DNA of 64,000 nucleotides from an uncultured delta proteobacterium. GTDB lineage: Bacteria; Desulfobacterota; Binatia; UBA9968. The stretch lies in assembly GCA_963760795.1 (NCBI GenBank), contig CAVXEP010000029.1:160001-224000 (forward strand), written 5' to 3'. Below are positions 1 through 10,080 of the stretch, piece by piece. The position numbers were made by a program, and so were the translations under genes. Positions within the stretch are counted from its first letter, which is position 1; each line of letters begins with the position of its first letter. The notes beneath the pieces are model-generated. The model was not told the DNA's origin. It searched no databases and saw only the letters and a list, made by a program, of their open reading frames with translations.

Positions 1-624
1 ATCACGCCGCAAGTGTTAGTCAACCGCGAAGTTGTTTCGGAGAAAGATTTGAACAGCATCAAAGGACTCTTGGATGCCAAATGGAAGGGCAAGATCGCCA
101 TCAACGATCCCCGCGTCGATGGCGCCGGCAATGGTCGTATCGCGCTATGGACTGGGCAGTTGGGCGAGGAGTTTGTCCGCGCCCTGTTGCGCCACGATTT
201 AACTCTGTCCCGCGATGACCGACAGCTTGCTGACTGGTTGGCGCGCGGCCGCTATCCCATCGCCATCGGCGTTAACGATACCGATATAGCCGAGTTGCAG
301 AAACTCGGCGTCGGCGCCAAGGTCGAACCGTTGGGCGGCAAATCGGCCGAGGCCTGGCGCTTAAGCACGGGCTGGGGCGCGGCGCGCTTGGTCAACAAGG
401 CGCCGCATATCAATGCGGCGACGGTGTTCGTCAATTGGCTATTGTCAAAAGAGGGACAGGCCGCTTGGGCCACCACCGTTTCACGCCCCAGCCGCCGGAA
501 CGATGTGGTACGGGTGCACGGTATGTCGCCGGAGCCGGGCGTTGACTATTTCGATATCGACCGTGAGGAGCGAGTTCCCCTGCGCGACAAGGCGCAGGAG
601 ATTTCGAAGTCCGTGCTGCACTAG
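1..624 (+). CDS. ABC transporter substrate-binding protein, Fe3+/thiamine (AfuA/FbpA-like) class; 5' truncated by the window edge
   Basis: KWKGKIAINDP and APHINAATVFVNWLLSKEGQ motifs; the frame is open from base 1; permease gene follows. Confidence 0.85.
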   Translation: MTPQVLVNREVVSEKDLNSIKGLLDAKWKGKIAINDPRVDGAGNGRIALWTGQLGEEFVRALLRHDLTLSRDDRQLADWLARGRYPIAIGVNDTDIAELQKLGVGAKVEPLGGKSAEAWRLSTGWGAARLVNKAPHINAATVFVNWLLSKEGQAAWATTVSRPSRRNDVVRVHGMSPEPGVDYFDIDREERVPLRDKAQEISKSVLH

Positions 625-658
625 TTCACGGCCACTGGAAAGCTATTTCTTGTGCCAT

Positions 659-687
659 CTCTAGCGCAGCTGACGGCTGCGCTAGAG
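659..687. other. Intercistronic hairpin (mRNA stabiliser or terminator)
   Basis: CTCTAGCGCAGC-TGACG-GCTGCGCTAGAG, a perfect 12-bp stem between the binding-protein and permease genes. Confidence 0.6.
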
Positions 688-770
688 GAACAAACAAGCT
701 ATTCGGCGTTGCCGAAGCGCGCCATACTCTGCGCCGTCATCACAACCCATTAAAAAGTTCGCTGCTATCC

Positions 771-2471
771 GTGTCATTCTATCAAGCAAATTCATTCAGC
801 CTGCAGAGTTTTTTTTACTGGCTGGTCTTAGCGGTGCTTCTCTTGGCGGTTCTTTATCCCGCCGGGGTGATCGTTTTTACTAGCTTTGAAGCGCCGAACG
901 GGAAGCTGGCTGGTGGTCTGAGTTTGCAACCCTGGAGGATGGCATTCGCCGATCCCGCGATCGTGTCGGCCATCTGGAACACACTAAGCGTTACCGTGGC
1001 GCGGCAAGCGATCGCCTTGCCGATCGCAATTGTACTCGCCTGGATCATCGCCAGAACCAACGTTCCCGCCGCCGCTTGCCTGGAATTTCTCATTTGGCTG
1101 GGTTATTTTCTCCCGCCACTGCCCGTCACCATGGGGTGGATTCTCCTCTTGGAGCCCGATTATGGGCTACTCAACCAATGGCTGTCTCGTCTGCCCTTTG
1201 TCGGCGTCGCGCCATTCAATATCTATTCGTTCTGGGGCATCGTCTGGGCCCATTTGACGACATCGACTATCGCCGTGGAGGTGATGCTGCTCACCCCGGC
1301 GTTTCGCAACATGGATTCGAGCTTCGAAGAAGCGTCGTTGGTGTCCGGCGCCGGCGTCATGCGCACCATCGGCAAAATTGTCGTGCCGTTGCTGAAGCCG
1401 ATCGTCGGTGTGGTCCTGCTCCTTGGCATCGTCCATTCGCTGCAAGCTTTTGAGTTGGAATTGATTCTCGGATTTCCCTTTCGCTTTCATGTTTTCAGCA
1501 CGCAGATTCATTTTCTGCTAAACCAGCAGCCGCCCCAATTCGCCGCGGCGACGGCATTGGGCAGCACGATTCTTTTCATCATGGCGCCGCTGATTATGTG
1601 TCAACGCGCGGGCGTTGCCAGACGCAACTACGCGACCGTGACCGGTCGCTACCAGGGGCGCAAACAGAGTTTGGGCAAGTGGCGCTGGGCGATTTTTTTG
1701 CTGGTGTTGACGGTGGCATTGACGATCACGATTATTCCGCTGGTGTTTCTATGTCTGGCTTCCTTCATGGCGCGCTTTGGATATTTCAATATCGCCAACC
1801 CTTGGACGGCGCTTCACTGGACTGGAGTTCTCGACGATTCGGTGTTTTTGCAATCGTTGAAAAACACGTTGCTGCTCGCCGGCGCGACGGCGCTGGTGGC
1901 GGTGGTCTTGTTCACCGCGGTTGCTTATATCGTCATTCGGACCCGATTCATTGGCCGCGCCGTCATCGATATGGTCTCTTGGCTGCCATCGACTTTGCCG
2001 GGAATTATTCTTGGCTTAGGATTGCTGTCAGTATTTCTCGGCACGCCGTTTTTGCGCCCGTTGTACGGCTCGTTGGCGCTATTGATCATTGCCACGGTGA
2101 TTTCCTGCATGACCCTCGGCGTGCAAGTGATCAAAGGCGCGCTGACCCAATTGGCCGTTGAGTTGGAGGAAGCGGCTCAAGTTGCCGGCGGCTCGGCGTG
2201 GCGCAGCTTTCGCGACATCATCGTGCCGATTATCACTCCCAGCGTCCTGCTCGTCGGCACTTTGAGTTTCATCGCCGCGGCGCGAAACGTCAGCACGGTG
2301 GCGTTAATTTCCACCAGCCGCACGCGGCCGTTGTCTTTGCTGCAATTGGATTTTTTGATCGAATCGCGTTACGAAAGCGCCGCGGTGGTGGGAATCATCG
2401 TCGTCCTGTTGACCACCGGGGTTGCCTTAGTATCGCGTGTTTTGGGTTTGCGAACCGGCATTGAAAGCTAG
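771..2471 (+). CDS. ABC transporter permease, fused double-domain FbpB/ThiP type
   Basis: Many TM helices; two EAA loops (FEEASLVSGA, LEEAAQVAGG). Confidence 0.9.
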   Translation: MSFYQANSFSLQSFFYWLVLAVLLLAVLYPAGVIVFTSFEAPNGKLAGGLSLQPWRMAFADPAIVSAIWNTLSVTVARQAIALPIAIVLAWIIARTNVPAAACLEFLIWLGYFLPPLPVTMGWILLLEPDYGLLNQWLSRLPFVGVAPFNIYSFWGIVWAHLTTSTIAVEVMLLTPAFRNMDSSFEEASLVSGAGVMRTIGKIVVPLLKPIVGVVLLLGIVHSLQAFELELILGFPFRFHVFSTQIHFLLNQQPPQFAAATALGSTILFIMAPLIMCQRAGVARRNYATVTGRYQGRKQSLGKWRWAIFLLVLTVALTITIIPLVFLCLASFMARFGYFNIANPWTALHWTGVLDDSVFLQSLKNTLLLAGATALVAVVLFTAVAYIVIRTRFIGRAVIDMVSWLPSTLPGIILGLGLLSVFLGTPFLRPLYGSLALLIIATVISCMTLGVQVIKGALTQLAVELEEAAQVAGGSAWRSFRDIIVPIITPSVLLVGTLSFIAAARNVSTVALISTSRTRPLSLLQLDFLIESRYESAAVVGIIVVLLTTGVALVSRVLGLRTGIES

Positions 2472-2515
2472 AAGTCGAAGAGCCGAATTCAACGCTTGGT
2501 ATTAAGGATGCATTC

Positions 2516-4753
2516 ATGAAACAAGCAAAACATGTCGGCAGTTCGGTCCCGCGCGCGGAAAGTGTCGAAAAGGTGACCGGAAAGGCGGTGTATGCCGTCG
2601 ACGTAACTTTCCCCGAAATGCTCTGGGGAAAGGTGCTGCGCAGTCCCATTGCCCATGGCCGCATTAAGCGCATCGATGCCAATAAAGCCTTGGCCGTACC
2701 GGGAGTAAAAGCGCTGGTTGCCGGGGCTGACGTCACCGGAGTAAGAATCGGCCGGCAACTTTACGATATGCCGATTCTCGCCGACGGTATGGTCCGCTTC
2801 ATCGGCGAGAAAGTCGCGGCGGTGGCGGCTGAGTCACCGGAGATCGCAGAGCAGGCCGTGGAGCTCATCGAAGTCGAATATGAAGAGTTGCCGCCTTTGC
2901 TCGATCCGGTTGGAGCGATGGCGCCTGGGGCCACTCTGCTCCACCCCCAAGTCATGGAATACCGCGGACTGCCTAGCCCGCTTACCGCGCCGAGCAACGC
3001 TTTTGTCCAATTATCTTGGAAAAAGGGCGCAGTCGAAGAAGGCTTTCGCCGCGCCGACCGGATCATTGAAAATACTTTTCAAACGCCGGTCGTGCACCAG
3101 GCCTACATCGAGCCGCATTCCTGCGTTGTCAAAGCCAATGAATCCGGCGGCGCAGAAATCTGGGCTTGCTGCAAAGTACCCTTCGCGTTGCGCGATCAAC
3201 TAGCGACCGCGTTCGCTATCGCCACCGACAAATTTCTCGTTCATCCATGTAACATTGGCGGCGATTTCGGCGGCAAAGGCGACTTCATGGATGTGCCGGT
3301 GGCGTATCTGCTGTCGCTCAAGAGCGGCCGGCCGGTGAAAATAGTGATGGATTATGGCGAGGAATTTGTCGCCGGCAATCCTCGTCATGCCGCCATCGTC
3401 AAAATCAAAACCGGCGTGACCAAAGACGGCCGCATTGTCGCCCACCACATGGATTTCATTTTTGACAGCGGCGCCTACGGCGCGTTCAAACCGATTGGCT
3501 ATCTGTTCGGAGCTCATGAAGCGGCGGGCCCGTATCGAATGGAAAACGTGCTGATCGAAGAAAAAATCGTTTACACTAATAAAGTTCCCTGCGGCCATAT
3601 GCGCGCGCCCGGTGATCCCCAAGGGGTGTTCGCCAACGAATCGCAAATGGACTTGATCGCCAAAGAGTTGCGTATGGACCCGGCACGTTTTCGCAAACAA
3701 AATCTAATGCATGATGGCGACGATTCTCCGGTGGGCAGAAAAATCTCCCATATCAAAGCGCGCGAAACCTTAGTCCGGCTGCTGCGCGAGTCGAAGTATT
3801 ATAGCCGAAAGAAGCCCAATGTCGGACGCGGCTTGGCGCTGATTCAGTGGCTCGCCTTGGGCGGCGAATGTTCGGTATTCATTGGCATCGATGAAGCTGG
3901 AAAAGTTACCATAGCCTCGGCGATGCTAGACCAGGGTGCCGGCGCCGGTACCGTGCTGCGGCAAATTGTCAGCGATGAACTGCAGGTCGAAGAGCATAAC
4001 ATTGCTTTAGTGACATTGGATACGGCAAACGCTCCGACGGACACCGGAGTCGGCGCCAGTCGCGCGACCAGAACTTACGGCAACGCCTGCTACGACGCCG
4101 TGGTTAAAGTTAAACAGGAATTATTGACCGTGGCGTCGGAGCTTCTCTCCGCGCATCCAGGTGATTTAAAAATCACCAACCGCGGGGTTGCGTCGAAGTC
4201 GCGCCATCTTTCATTTGGCGCGATCGTGAAAGCCAAGGGCACGCCGATCAAAGTCGAAGGGCGCTATCAGAATCACGAGATCGGTGCCGAAGCGTCGATG
4301 TGCGCGCAGATGGCAGAAGTCGACGTCGATCCGGCGAGTGGTGAGATCAAGCTCCGTCGTTTCGTTAGCGTGCATCACACCGGCAAGGTGCTCAATCCGC
4401 TCCTGCACGATGGTCAAATCGACGGTAGCATTGTTATGGGTGCGGGCTATGCGCTGACCGAAGAACTGCTGTTTGCCGAGGGCAACGTGGCGACGCTCCA
4501 CTTTGGCGATTACAAGATCCCCACCATTCGCGACATTCCCCAGCTACGCAAGATCGTCGTCGAGACGCCGGTGGGCCGTGGGCCCTACAACAGCATGAGC
4601 ATCGGTGAGATCCCGATCATTACGGTCGCACCGGCGATTGCCAATGCGGTCCATGATGCCGTCGGTGTCAGAATCAAAACCTTGCCCATCACGGCGGAAA
4701 AAATCGTTGCGGAATTACGGAATCAAAAGAAACAATCGAACACTGTCGGATAG
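2516..4753 (+). CDS. Xanthine dehydrogenase/CoxL-family molybdopterin-binding subunit
   Basis: KVTGKAVYAVD, LRSPIAHG, GGDFGGK, MRAPG, GQIDGS, IANAVHDAVG motifs; substrate unknown. Confidence 0.9.
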   Translation: MKQAKHVGSSVPRAESVEKVTGKAVYAVDVTFPEMLWGKVLRSPIAHGRIKRIDANKALAVPGVKALVAGADVTGVRIGRQLYDMPILADGMVRFIGEKVAAVAAESPEIAEQAVELIEVEYEELPPLLDPVGAMAPGATLLHPQVMEYRGLPSPLTAPSNAFVQLSWKKGAVEEGFRRADRIIENTFQTPVVHQAYIEPHSCVVKANESGGAEIWACCKVPFALRDQLATAFAIATDKFLVHPCNIGGDFGGKGDFMDVPVAYLLSLKSGRPVKIVMDYGEEFVAGNPRHAAIVKIKTGVTKDGRIVAHHMDFIFDSGAYGAFKPIGYLFGAHEAAGPYRMENVLIEEKIVYTNKVPCGHMRAPGDPQGVFANESQMDLIAKELRMDPARFRKQNLMHDGDDSPVGRKISHIKARETLVRLLRESKYYSRKKPNVGRGLALIQWLALGGECSVFIGIDEAGKVTIASAMLDQGAGAGTVLRQIVSDELQVEEHNIALVTLDTANAPTDTGVGASRATRTYGNACYDAVVKVKQELLTVASELLSAHPGDLKITNRGVASKSRHLSFGAIVKAKGTPIKVEGRYQNHEIGAEASMCAQMAEVDVDPASGEIKLRRFVSVHHTGKVLNPLLHDGQIDGSIVMGAGYALTEELLFAEGNVATLHFGDYKIPTIRDIPQLRKIVVETPVGRGPYNSMSIGEIPIITVAPAIANAVHDAVGVRIKTLPITAEKIVAELRNQKKQSNTVG

Positions 4754-5063
4754 CCGATAGAATCTTTTTCACCGTCTGCCGCGTAATATCATCCCGGCGC
4801 GCAAAATCTTCGGCGCTGCGATCTTGGCAAAAAACATCACCCTGGGGGAAATCGCTGGCTGTGACCAAAAGTCAGCCAGCGACTGCCGAGAGTGACTTTT
4901 TCCAATCGCCTTGTTCTGGTGTAAAGAAGACGGTTTGCTCCGTCCGAATTAGCCATGGGAGGCGCGACCTGCTGCCGAATTTGACGGGATTGTATTGGTC
5001 CTTGGTCGGGATCGCCTAGCCAATTGCAATTTAAGCAAAGAACGGCTTGGACGGTTCTCAATT

Positions 5064-5924
5064 CTAGGTTGAAGACTCCCAACTGTCATAGCCCAATTCG
5101 TTTGAGATCGCGGCAGCGACTTTCATCACAGCCTTTCCCAGGGCAGAAATGCGTGCGGGCCGTACGCGAACCGAAGGACCGGCGATACTGATAGCGCCGA
5201 CCAGCTCTCCGGCATGATTTCTGACCGGCGATCCGACACAGGTGAGGCCAAGTTCGATTTCCTCATTATCGACTGAGTAACCGAGTTTTTGGGTGCGGCG
5301 CAATTCGGCTAGTAATTTGTCGGCCTTTGTAATCGTATTCGGAGTATAACCGCGCAGACTTTGCGACTTGATGATCTTGCGCACCTCGTCTTCATGCAGA
5401 CAAGATAACATCGCCTTGCCCAACGAAGTGCAATACATCGGAATCCGTCTGCCGACACGGGACGGCATACGCAAGGCGTGCGGGCCTTCGACTTTTTCCA
5501 GATAAAGAACTTGATTTTCATCGGGAATGGCCAGGTGGACAGACTCCTGAGTCTCTTCCATGAGATCGATCAAGTGGGGTTTGGCGATTTCGCGCAGATT
5601 GATTCGTGCCAGTGCTTGGTTGCCCAACTTAAATAGCTTCAAGCCAAGATAATAATAACCGGTGTGCCGATTCTGTTGAATTAGACCGTTGTATTCCATG
5701 GCGATGAGGATACGATGCGCGGTGCTCTTGTGCAGCCGAGTCTTCGCCGCAATTTCACTGACACTCATTTCCGGCCGGTCGAAGGTGAAGCAATCGAGAA
5801 TCTCTGAGGCGCGGTCGATGACCTGGATACGATAGATCTGCGACTTGGTGTTACGTAATTTCGCAGGTTGCGAAAACCTTGTAGCGCTTTGGGATGTGCG
5901 ATTACGCGATCCTGTCGTCTTCAT
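5064..5924 (-). CDS. IclR-family transcriptional regulator
   Basis: N-terminal HTH (SVSEIAAKTRLHKSTAHRIL); CTSLGKAMLS and GYSVDNEE effector-domain motifs. Confidence 0.92.
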   Translation of the reverse strand: MKTTGSRNRTSQSATRFSQPAKLRNTKSQIYRIQVIDRASEILDCFTFDRPEMSVSEIAAKTRLHKSTAHRILIAMEYNGLIQQNRHTGYYYLGLKLFKLGNQALARINLREIAKPHLIDLMEETQESVHLAIPDENQVLYLEKVEGPHALRMPSRVGRRIPMYCTSLGKAMLSCLHEDEVRKIIKSQSLRGYTPNTITKADKLLAELRRTQKLGYSVDNEEIELGLTCVGSPVRNHAGELVGAISIAGPSVRVRPARISALGKAVMKVAAAISNELGYDSWESST

Positions 5925-6281
5925 GGTTTAGAGACAGCTTGAACTCACGTCCGCCGGGACGCGGCTCCTCCGTTCATAACTAAAAAAGCTTTAAATTAGA
6001 ACGCTAGCACGCTTATTCAAGTATACGGTCGAAGTGTGTTACCAGACTCTAACTTGCCTTGACAGCTAAAAAGCCCGTTGGTTAGTGACCGAGATGTTTT
6101 CTTATAAGTCAAAATGCCGGACTTACCTATGGATAACATCATTTCTAGACTCTTATGCGCTTCAAGCAACCTACGAGCGGGAAGATCCGGCGATTCGTGA
6201 GGCGTGTTGCACGGAGTTAAAGAAAAACAGCATTTCACTGCGTGGGAAAGTACTATGAGACCTAGGAGGAACTCAACATGG

Positions 6282-6790
6282 TGTATCTGGCCATTATGTT
6301 TTGCACAGAGTAGGGTTTTCTTTCAACAGGAATTGCCCCGGAGATTTGAGTTTAAGAGCCCAGTGAGGTCTTTCCGCGTTGTACCACAACAGCCACGGGA
6401 TTAGTTGGCGATTGAACTGATCGGGACTGATAAGCAACCCTTCATGGTAGTCAATGAATTCTTCCTGAATTGTCCGATTAAATCGTTCCACGTGGGCATT
6501 CATCTTGGGGGTTCTGGGATAGGTATGCCAGTGGTTTTTGTGCAGCCGTCTTATCTCTTCATCGAAGTGCTTCATGAACTCAGAGCCGTTGTCGGTAAGC
6601 ACGGACTGAAGCGGATAAGGAAAGACCGCAGCCACAATCCCAAAGAATTCTCGGGCCGCCAAAGAAGCATGGCTCTGGGTGGCCCAGGCAAAACCGAAGC
6701 GAGAGTAGCCACACTCCCCGGGAGCGTTGGCCTTATAGCCTTTGGGCTTTCTGCCCTTGGGGCGGTGTTTCTTCTCGACTCTCTGCCCAT
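6282..6790 (-). mobile_element. IS481-family transposase remnant (C-terminal integrase core, internally deleted)
   Basis: LTDNGSEF, YPRTPKMNAHVERFNRTIQEEF and YNAERPH motifs; the first catalytic Asp region and HTH are missing; candidate TGT terminus at 6282. Confidence 0.75.
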
Positions 6791-7183
6791 CGGGCCCAAG
6801 GTCGATATGCCACTGCGCGGCTAGACCGTTATTCAGTTGGATGTCATCGCGATGTTGTGATTCCAGCTGCAAGGTCAATGAGGGCGAAACATTCGCCAGT
6901 ACTTTAAGGCGATTTCGCAGGCGACCTCTCCCCGATCTGAATGTGCTTTCTTTACCCTAGACGCACTGGTGCACATAGTCCCAGTCTAACCGTAGAAATC
7001 GATACGATCCCAGCGTGCAACGTTGCAACTAAGGGACATGCGATGTCGACTTAAATCCCACAACCAAATGGCGATGGACTCTAGTAGAGGGCAAAGCTGA
7101 AGAAAGCGTTCTTCGGCCACCATCAAAGCGCCTTAATCGGCGCGTCGGAGCTCGCACCCCTCGTGACCAGACATCAATTCCGT

Positions 7184-7615
7184 TTACACAGTTAATAACC
7201 GGTCGAAGAACGATCGATAACTGCGCAGCGCTACGCGCAGTTCCTCCGTCGAAACCTTCTCGGAACGCTGCCAGAGAGGTTCGAGGCGGCTCCTTTGATC
7301 GCTGAAGTTTTGTGCTAAGTGTTGCATAATCTCAGCAACCAACTCATCGGCCAACTCGACGGCCCGCTGTGGTTCGTCTACAAAACTGGTTTGGATATTC
7401 TGCCAGCGCGAGCGGAATTCGTTGCCGTCATCTGTGGCGAGCAGAGGGATTAGTGCTTCTTCGTTTATTCCCCTCATATGTGATGGGCTTCCAATTGCCG
7501 TTTCGGCCGTTGCCATTGATCGGGGGGCCTCATTGGAATGCTCGAAGTCTTTCTCGTTGCTTTCCGCCCGCGCCATATCCCTCGAGGATAGTTTCTTGTT
7601 TTCCGATGCTTCCAT
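7184..7615 (-). CDS. Conserved hypothetical protein (FVDxP...STEELR domain)
   Basis: 143-aa ORF; shares a domain with the neighbouring ORF 7630-8247. Confidence 0.75.
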   Translation of the reverse strand: MEASENKKLSSRDMARAESNEKDFEHSNEAPRSMATAETAIGSPSHMRGINEEALIPLLATDDGNEFRSRWQNIQTSFVDEPQRAVELADELVAEIMQHLAQNFSDQRSRLEPLWQRSEKVSTEELRVALRSYRSFFDRLLTV

Positions 7616-7629
7616 TATCAGTACCTCAT

Positions 7630-8247
7630 TCAGTGGTTTGGCTGAACACGCGAGGATTTACCGTTGCGCGTCCGCATTCTTTCGCTATCCGTGCTGCTTA
7701 CATCAGCTTCTTCGGACTGGAGAAGATCGTCAAACAACGCCCGGTAGTGTATGAGCGCCTGCCGTAGCTCTTCGGTGCTCGCGGCCGACCTTTTATTGCG
7801 TTCCGCGATGCGACAGGCGGCTCGAAAATTTTCCACGACTTGGGGATGATTGACCGAGATATCCGCAGCTGACTGCTCGAAATCGGTCACAGGATAGCCG
7901 CACCGGTGCATAACCTCTTGAACCAGACTGTTTGCGTCCGCTAGCGCGCTATCAGGCCGATCCACAAAGCGACTTTGAACCAATAGCCAGTTTTCCTTGT
8001 ACCGCACTCGTTCGCCTTGGGGTAAAGAGACGATGTTGAATTTGCGAACTCGTTCCTCGCGTTTGCTCAGGTCGGCTTCAGCGCTATGTTGACTGTGGTA
8101 CGTGCTAACCGTTTTATCGTACTCAGGTCCGAAACGTTCACGTAACCGCTCGGTTGTTTTACGGCGCGCAAAGTACCAAACCCCGAGGCCAATCAAAATA
8201 ATAAAAGCAAGCGCGATAAGAGCAATAATAATTTGTTGTGCGTCCAT
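7630..8247 (-). CDS. Membrane-anchored conserved hypothetical protein (RFGPEYD...FVDxP...STEELR)
   Basis: N-terminal TM helix; RBS AGGTGAG; sigma54-like promoter upstream. Confidence 0.8.
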   Translation of the reverse strand: MDAQQIIIALIALAFIILIGLGVWYFARRKTTERLRERFGPEYDKTVSTYHSQHSAEADLSKREERVRKFNIVSLPQGERVRYKENWLLVQSRFVDRPDSALADANSLVQEVMHRCGYPVTDFEQSAADISVNHPQVVENFRAACRIAERNKRSAASTEELRQALIHYRALFDDLLQSEEADVSSTDSERMRTRNGKSSRVQPNH

Positions 8248-8290
8248 ATCTCACCTATGTATTAAAAAGTGTATTCGCATTAGATAAACC

Positions 8291-8305
8291 GCAAATATTA
8301 TGCCA
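8291..8305 (-). promoter_or_regulatory. sigma54 -24/-12 element
   Basis: TGGCATAATATTTGC on the minus strand; box pair at 8345-8360 and 8376-8391. Confidence 0.75.
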
Positions 8306-8699
8306 CTGACTTGCAGCACTAATACGAGGATAAAAACACCTGGCGTCACATATTTGCAAACAAACGCTGCCTTTCATCGCGAATCTGGGACATGAATAGA
8401 GATGCTGCTGCTCAATGTCATCTATAAAGATGCCGGCAGCTATTTCTATTTCTTGAGGAGTCATTTCACGACGATTAAGTCGCTACGACGAATTCCTTCG
8501 GATGAACTATCCCCCTTGCATAACCATGAGAGACTATCCTCTGCCTTTTACCATCCCGGGGCGACCAGGTGCTGTTGAAGGATCGCTGTTCTTGCTGTGC
8601 GAGTATTCCCAGGCATCACATCTGCGGCACAGCAATCGCAAATCAATGGGGCAACTCGGATTGTCGGTTAATTCCTTTCAGGTAACTAGGAATAATACT

Positions 8700-9100
8700 T
8701 CCCTCGATTCCGCCGGCTGCTACCACCGAACAAAAGTCCAACAAGTTCGAAGGCATTATTTTTCATTGCGCTCGAGGAGATTCGGCTCTCGATGTGGATC
8801 GAAGAGGAGGTGCAAAAGCGTTTCGGTTCGAAACGACAAGCTAAGGAAGAAATTCTCGCCCGCTACACCAGCTTAATCTATATGGGAAACGGCCAGTACG
8901 GGTTTGCCAGCGCAGCGCAATACTATTTTGGCCGGCCGCTGGCGAGGTTCACCGCCAATGACGCCGACCAGGCGGCGCTACTCGCCTGGCATCGCCAAGC
9001 GCCGCGTTACTACGCGCCCATCCCGATGGATACGCAGCGAGTGCTGCGCCGCCGAAATCAAACCCTACGACTGATGGCCGCCAGCCGTGCAATACGAACC
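8700..9100 (+). pseudogene. Fragment of a GT51 transglycosylase (class A PBP)
   Basis: KEEILARY...IYMGNGQYGFASAAQYYFG motif; both termini missing or frameshifted. Confidence 0.65.
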
Positions 9101-9418
9101 GTCGCGGAAAGGAAAAATAACATTGGGAGCGAAAAGGTTGCTGGTCTCCGATCTATAGAGGCTGTGGAGTACTACGTGAACTTTTTGTCAAAGCACCGCA
9201 AGGGGCATTAACGTTTGCCGAAACCGAAGAGCGGTTTGTTGGCAAGTAGCGACAAGGGATTGTTTGCTTATAGGAATCATCTACGCGAGCTTGCGCATGG
9301 TCATGCGCCGATACCCGCGCCGGCGCAGTCGGTGTGCCGGCCACAACAGGCTTGAATGAAAACCGCAGTGGTACCAAGATCCCGACACTATTGAAATTTT
9401 TCGCTCGACTTAAAAAGT

Positions 9419-9433
9419 TGGTCTCAAAATTGC
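9419..9433 (+). promoter_or_regulatory. Candidate sigma54 -24/-12 element
   Basis: TGGTCTCAAAATTGC, 16 bp before ATG 9450. Confidence 0.5.
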
Positions 9434-9449
9434 CTTCTCTGGACCCATT

Positions 9450-9884
9450 ATGACATTTTTAGAATCTACCCGATTTGATCAGACCGAACAGACCATAAAC
9501 CGGATCTTCCAGCCCGACCCGCTTACCCCGTACGATTATCTTAGGACCTCGCGGCGATCGGTGCACCTGGAACCGGAGAAACATTTGATGCATGCGATTC
9601 TGGAGGAAGCGATCAAGACATACCGCTTGCATGTTTCGACCAAATCCAAGCGCGAGCATAGGCTGTTTCTAGAAGCGGAACTCTGGATTATGGACCGTAA
9701 CGATGATTGGCTGTTTTCATTTGAAAATCTATGCGAGGTCTTGGGTTTAGATCCCGATTTCGTGCGCAGTGGCTTGGCTCGTTGGAAAGAACAGCAGGTC
9801 GGCCCTGCGGTGGTGCGGAAGACGCCACGTTACCGGGATCGAAGCGCGCGCCAGAGATCTGCGATAAAGCCTGCTTCCCCATAG
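9450..9884 (+). CDS. Hypothetical protein (EPEKxLMxAILEEAI...WLFSFENLCEVLGLDP family)
   Basis: Coherent 144-aa ORF with a helical, possibly HTH-like C-terminal motif. Confidence 0.75.
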   Translation: MTFLESTRFDQTEQTINRIFQPDPLTPYDYLRTSRRSVHLEPEKHLMHAILEEAIKTYRLHVSTKSKREHRLFLEAELWIMDRNDDWLFSFENLCEVLGLDPDFVRSGLARWKEQQVGPAVVRKTPRYRDRSARQRSAIKPASP

Positions 9885-9943
9885 GGCGTAGCTAAATAGC
9901 GGCTTGATTCAGCAATCGTCTTTTGATTATCTACATCTTGCAC

Positions 9944-9990
9944 GTCCCAAAATTGGGACAGCGGTAATTCAATCGTCCTGTAAATGAGAC
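9944..9990. promoter_or_regulatory. Tandem 16-bp enhancer-like palindromes
   Basis: GTCCCAAAATTGGGAC (9944-9959) and GTCCTGTAAATGAGAC (9975-9990), 31-bp period. Confidence 0.75.
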
Positions 9991-10031
9991 AGAGCGTTAG
10001 GTAAAGTCGTTATAAATTGCCGTCTCATTTT

Positions 10032-10046
10032 TGGCACGTGGATTGC
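10032..10046 (+). promoter_or_regulatory. sigma54 -24/-12 element of the bEBP gene
   Basis: TGGCACGTGGATTGC, a match to the TGGCACG-N4-TTGC consensus. Confidence 0.85.
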
Positions 10047-10080
10047 CCCTAACGACCCTATAGTTACAGGAGAGAGGGTT

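Noticed and set aside
2516-4753. Calling the Mo-subunit CO dehydrogenase (coxL)
   Set aside because: Lacks the AYxCSFR/AYRGAGR active-site loop (it has HMRAPG), and no coxM/coxS neighbours.
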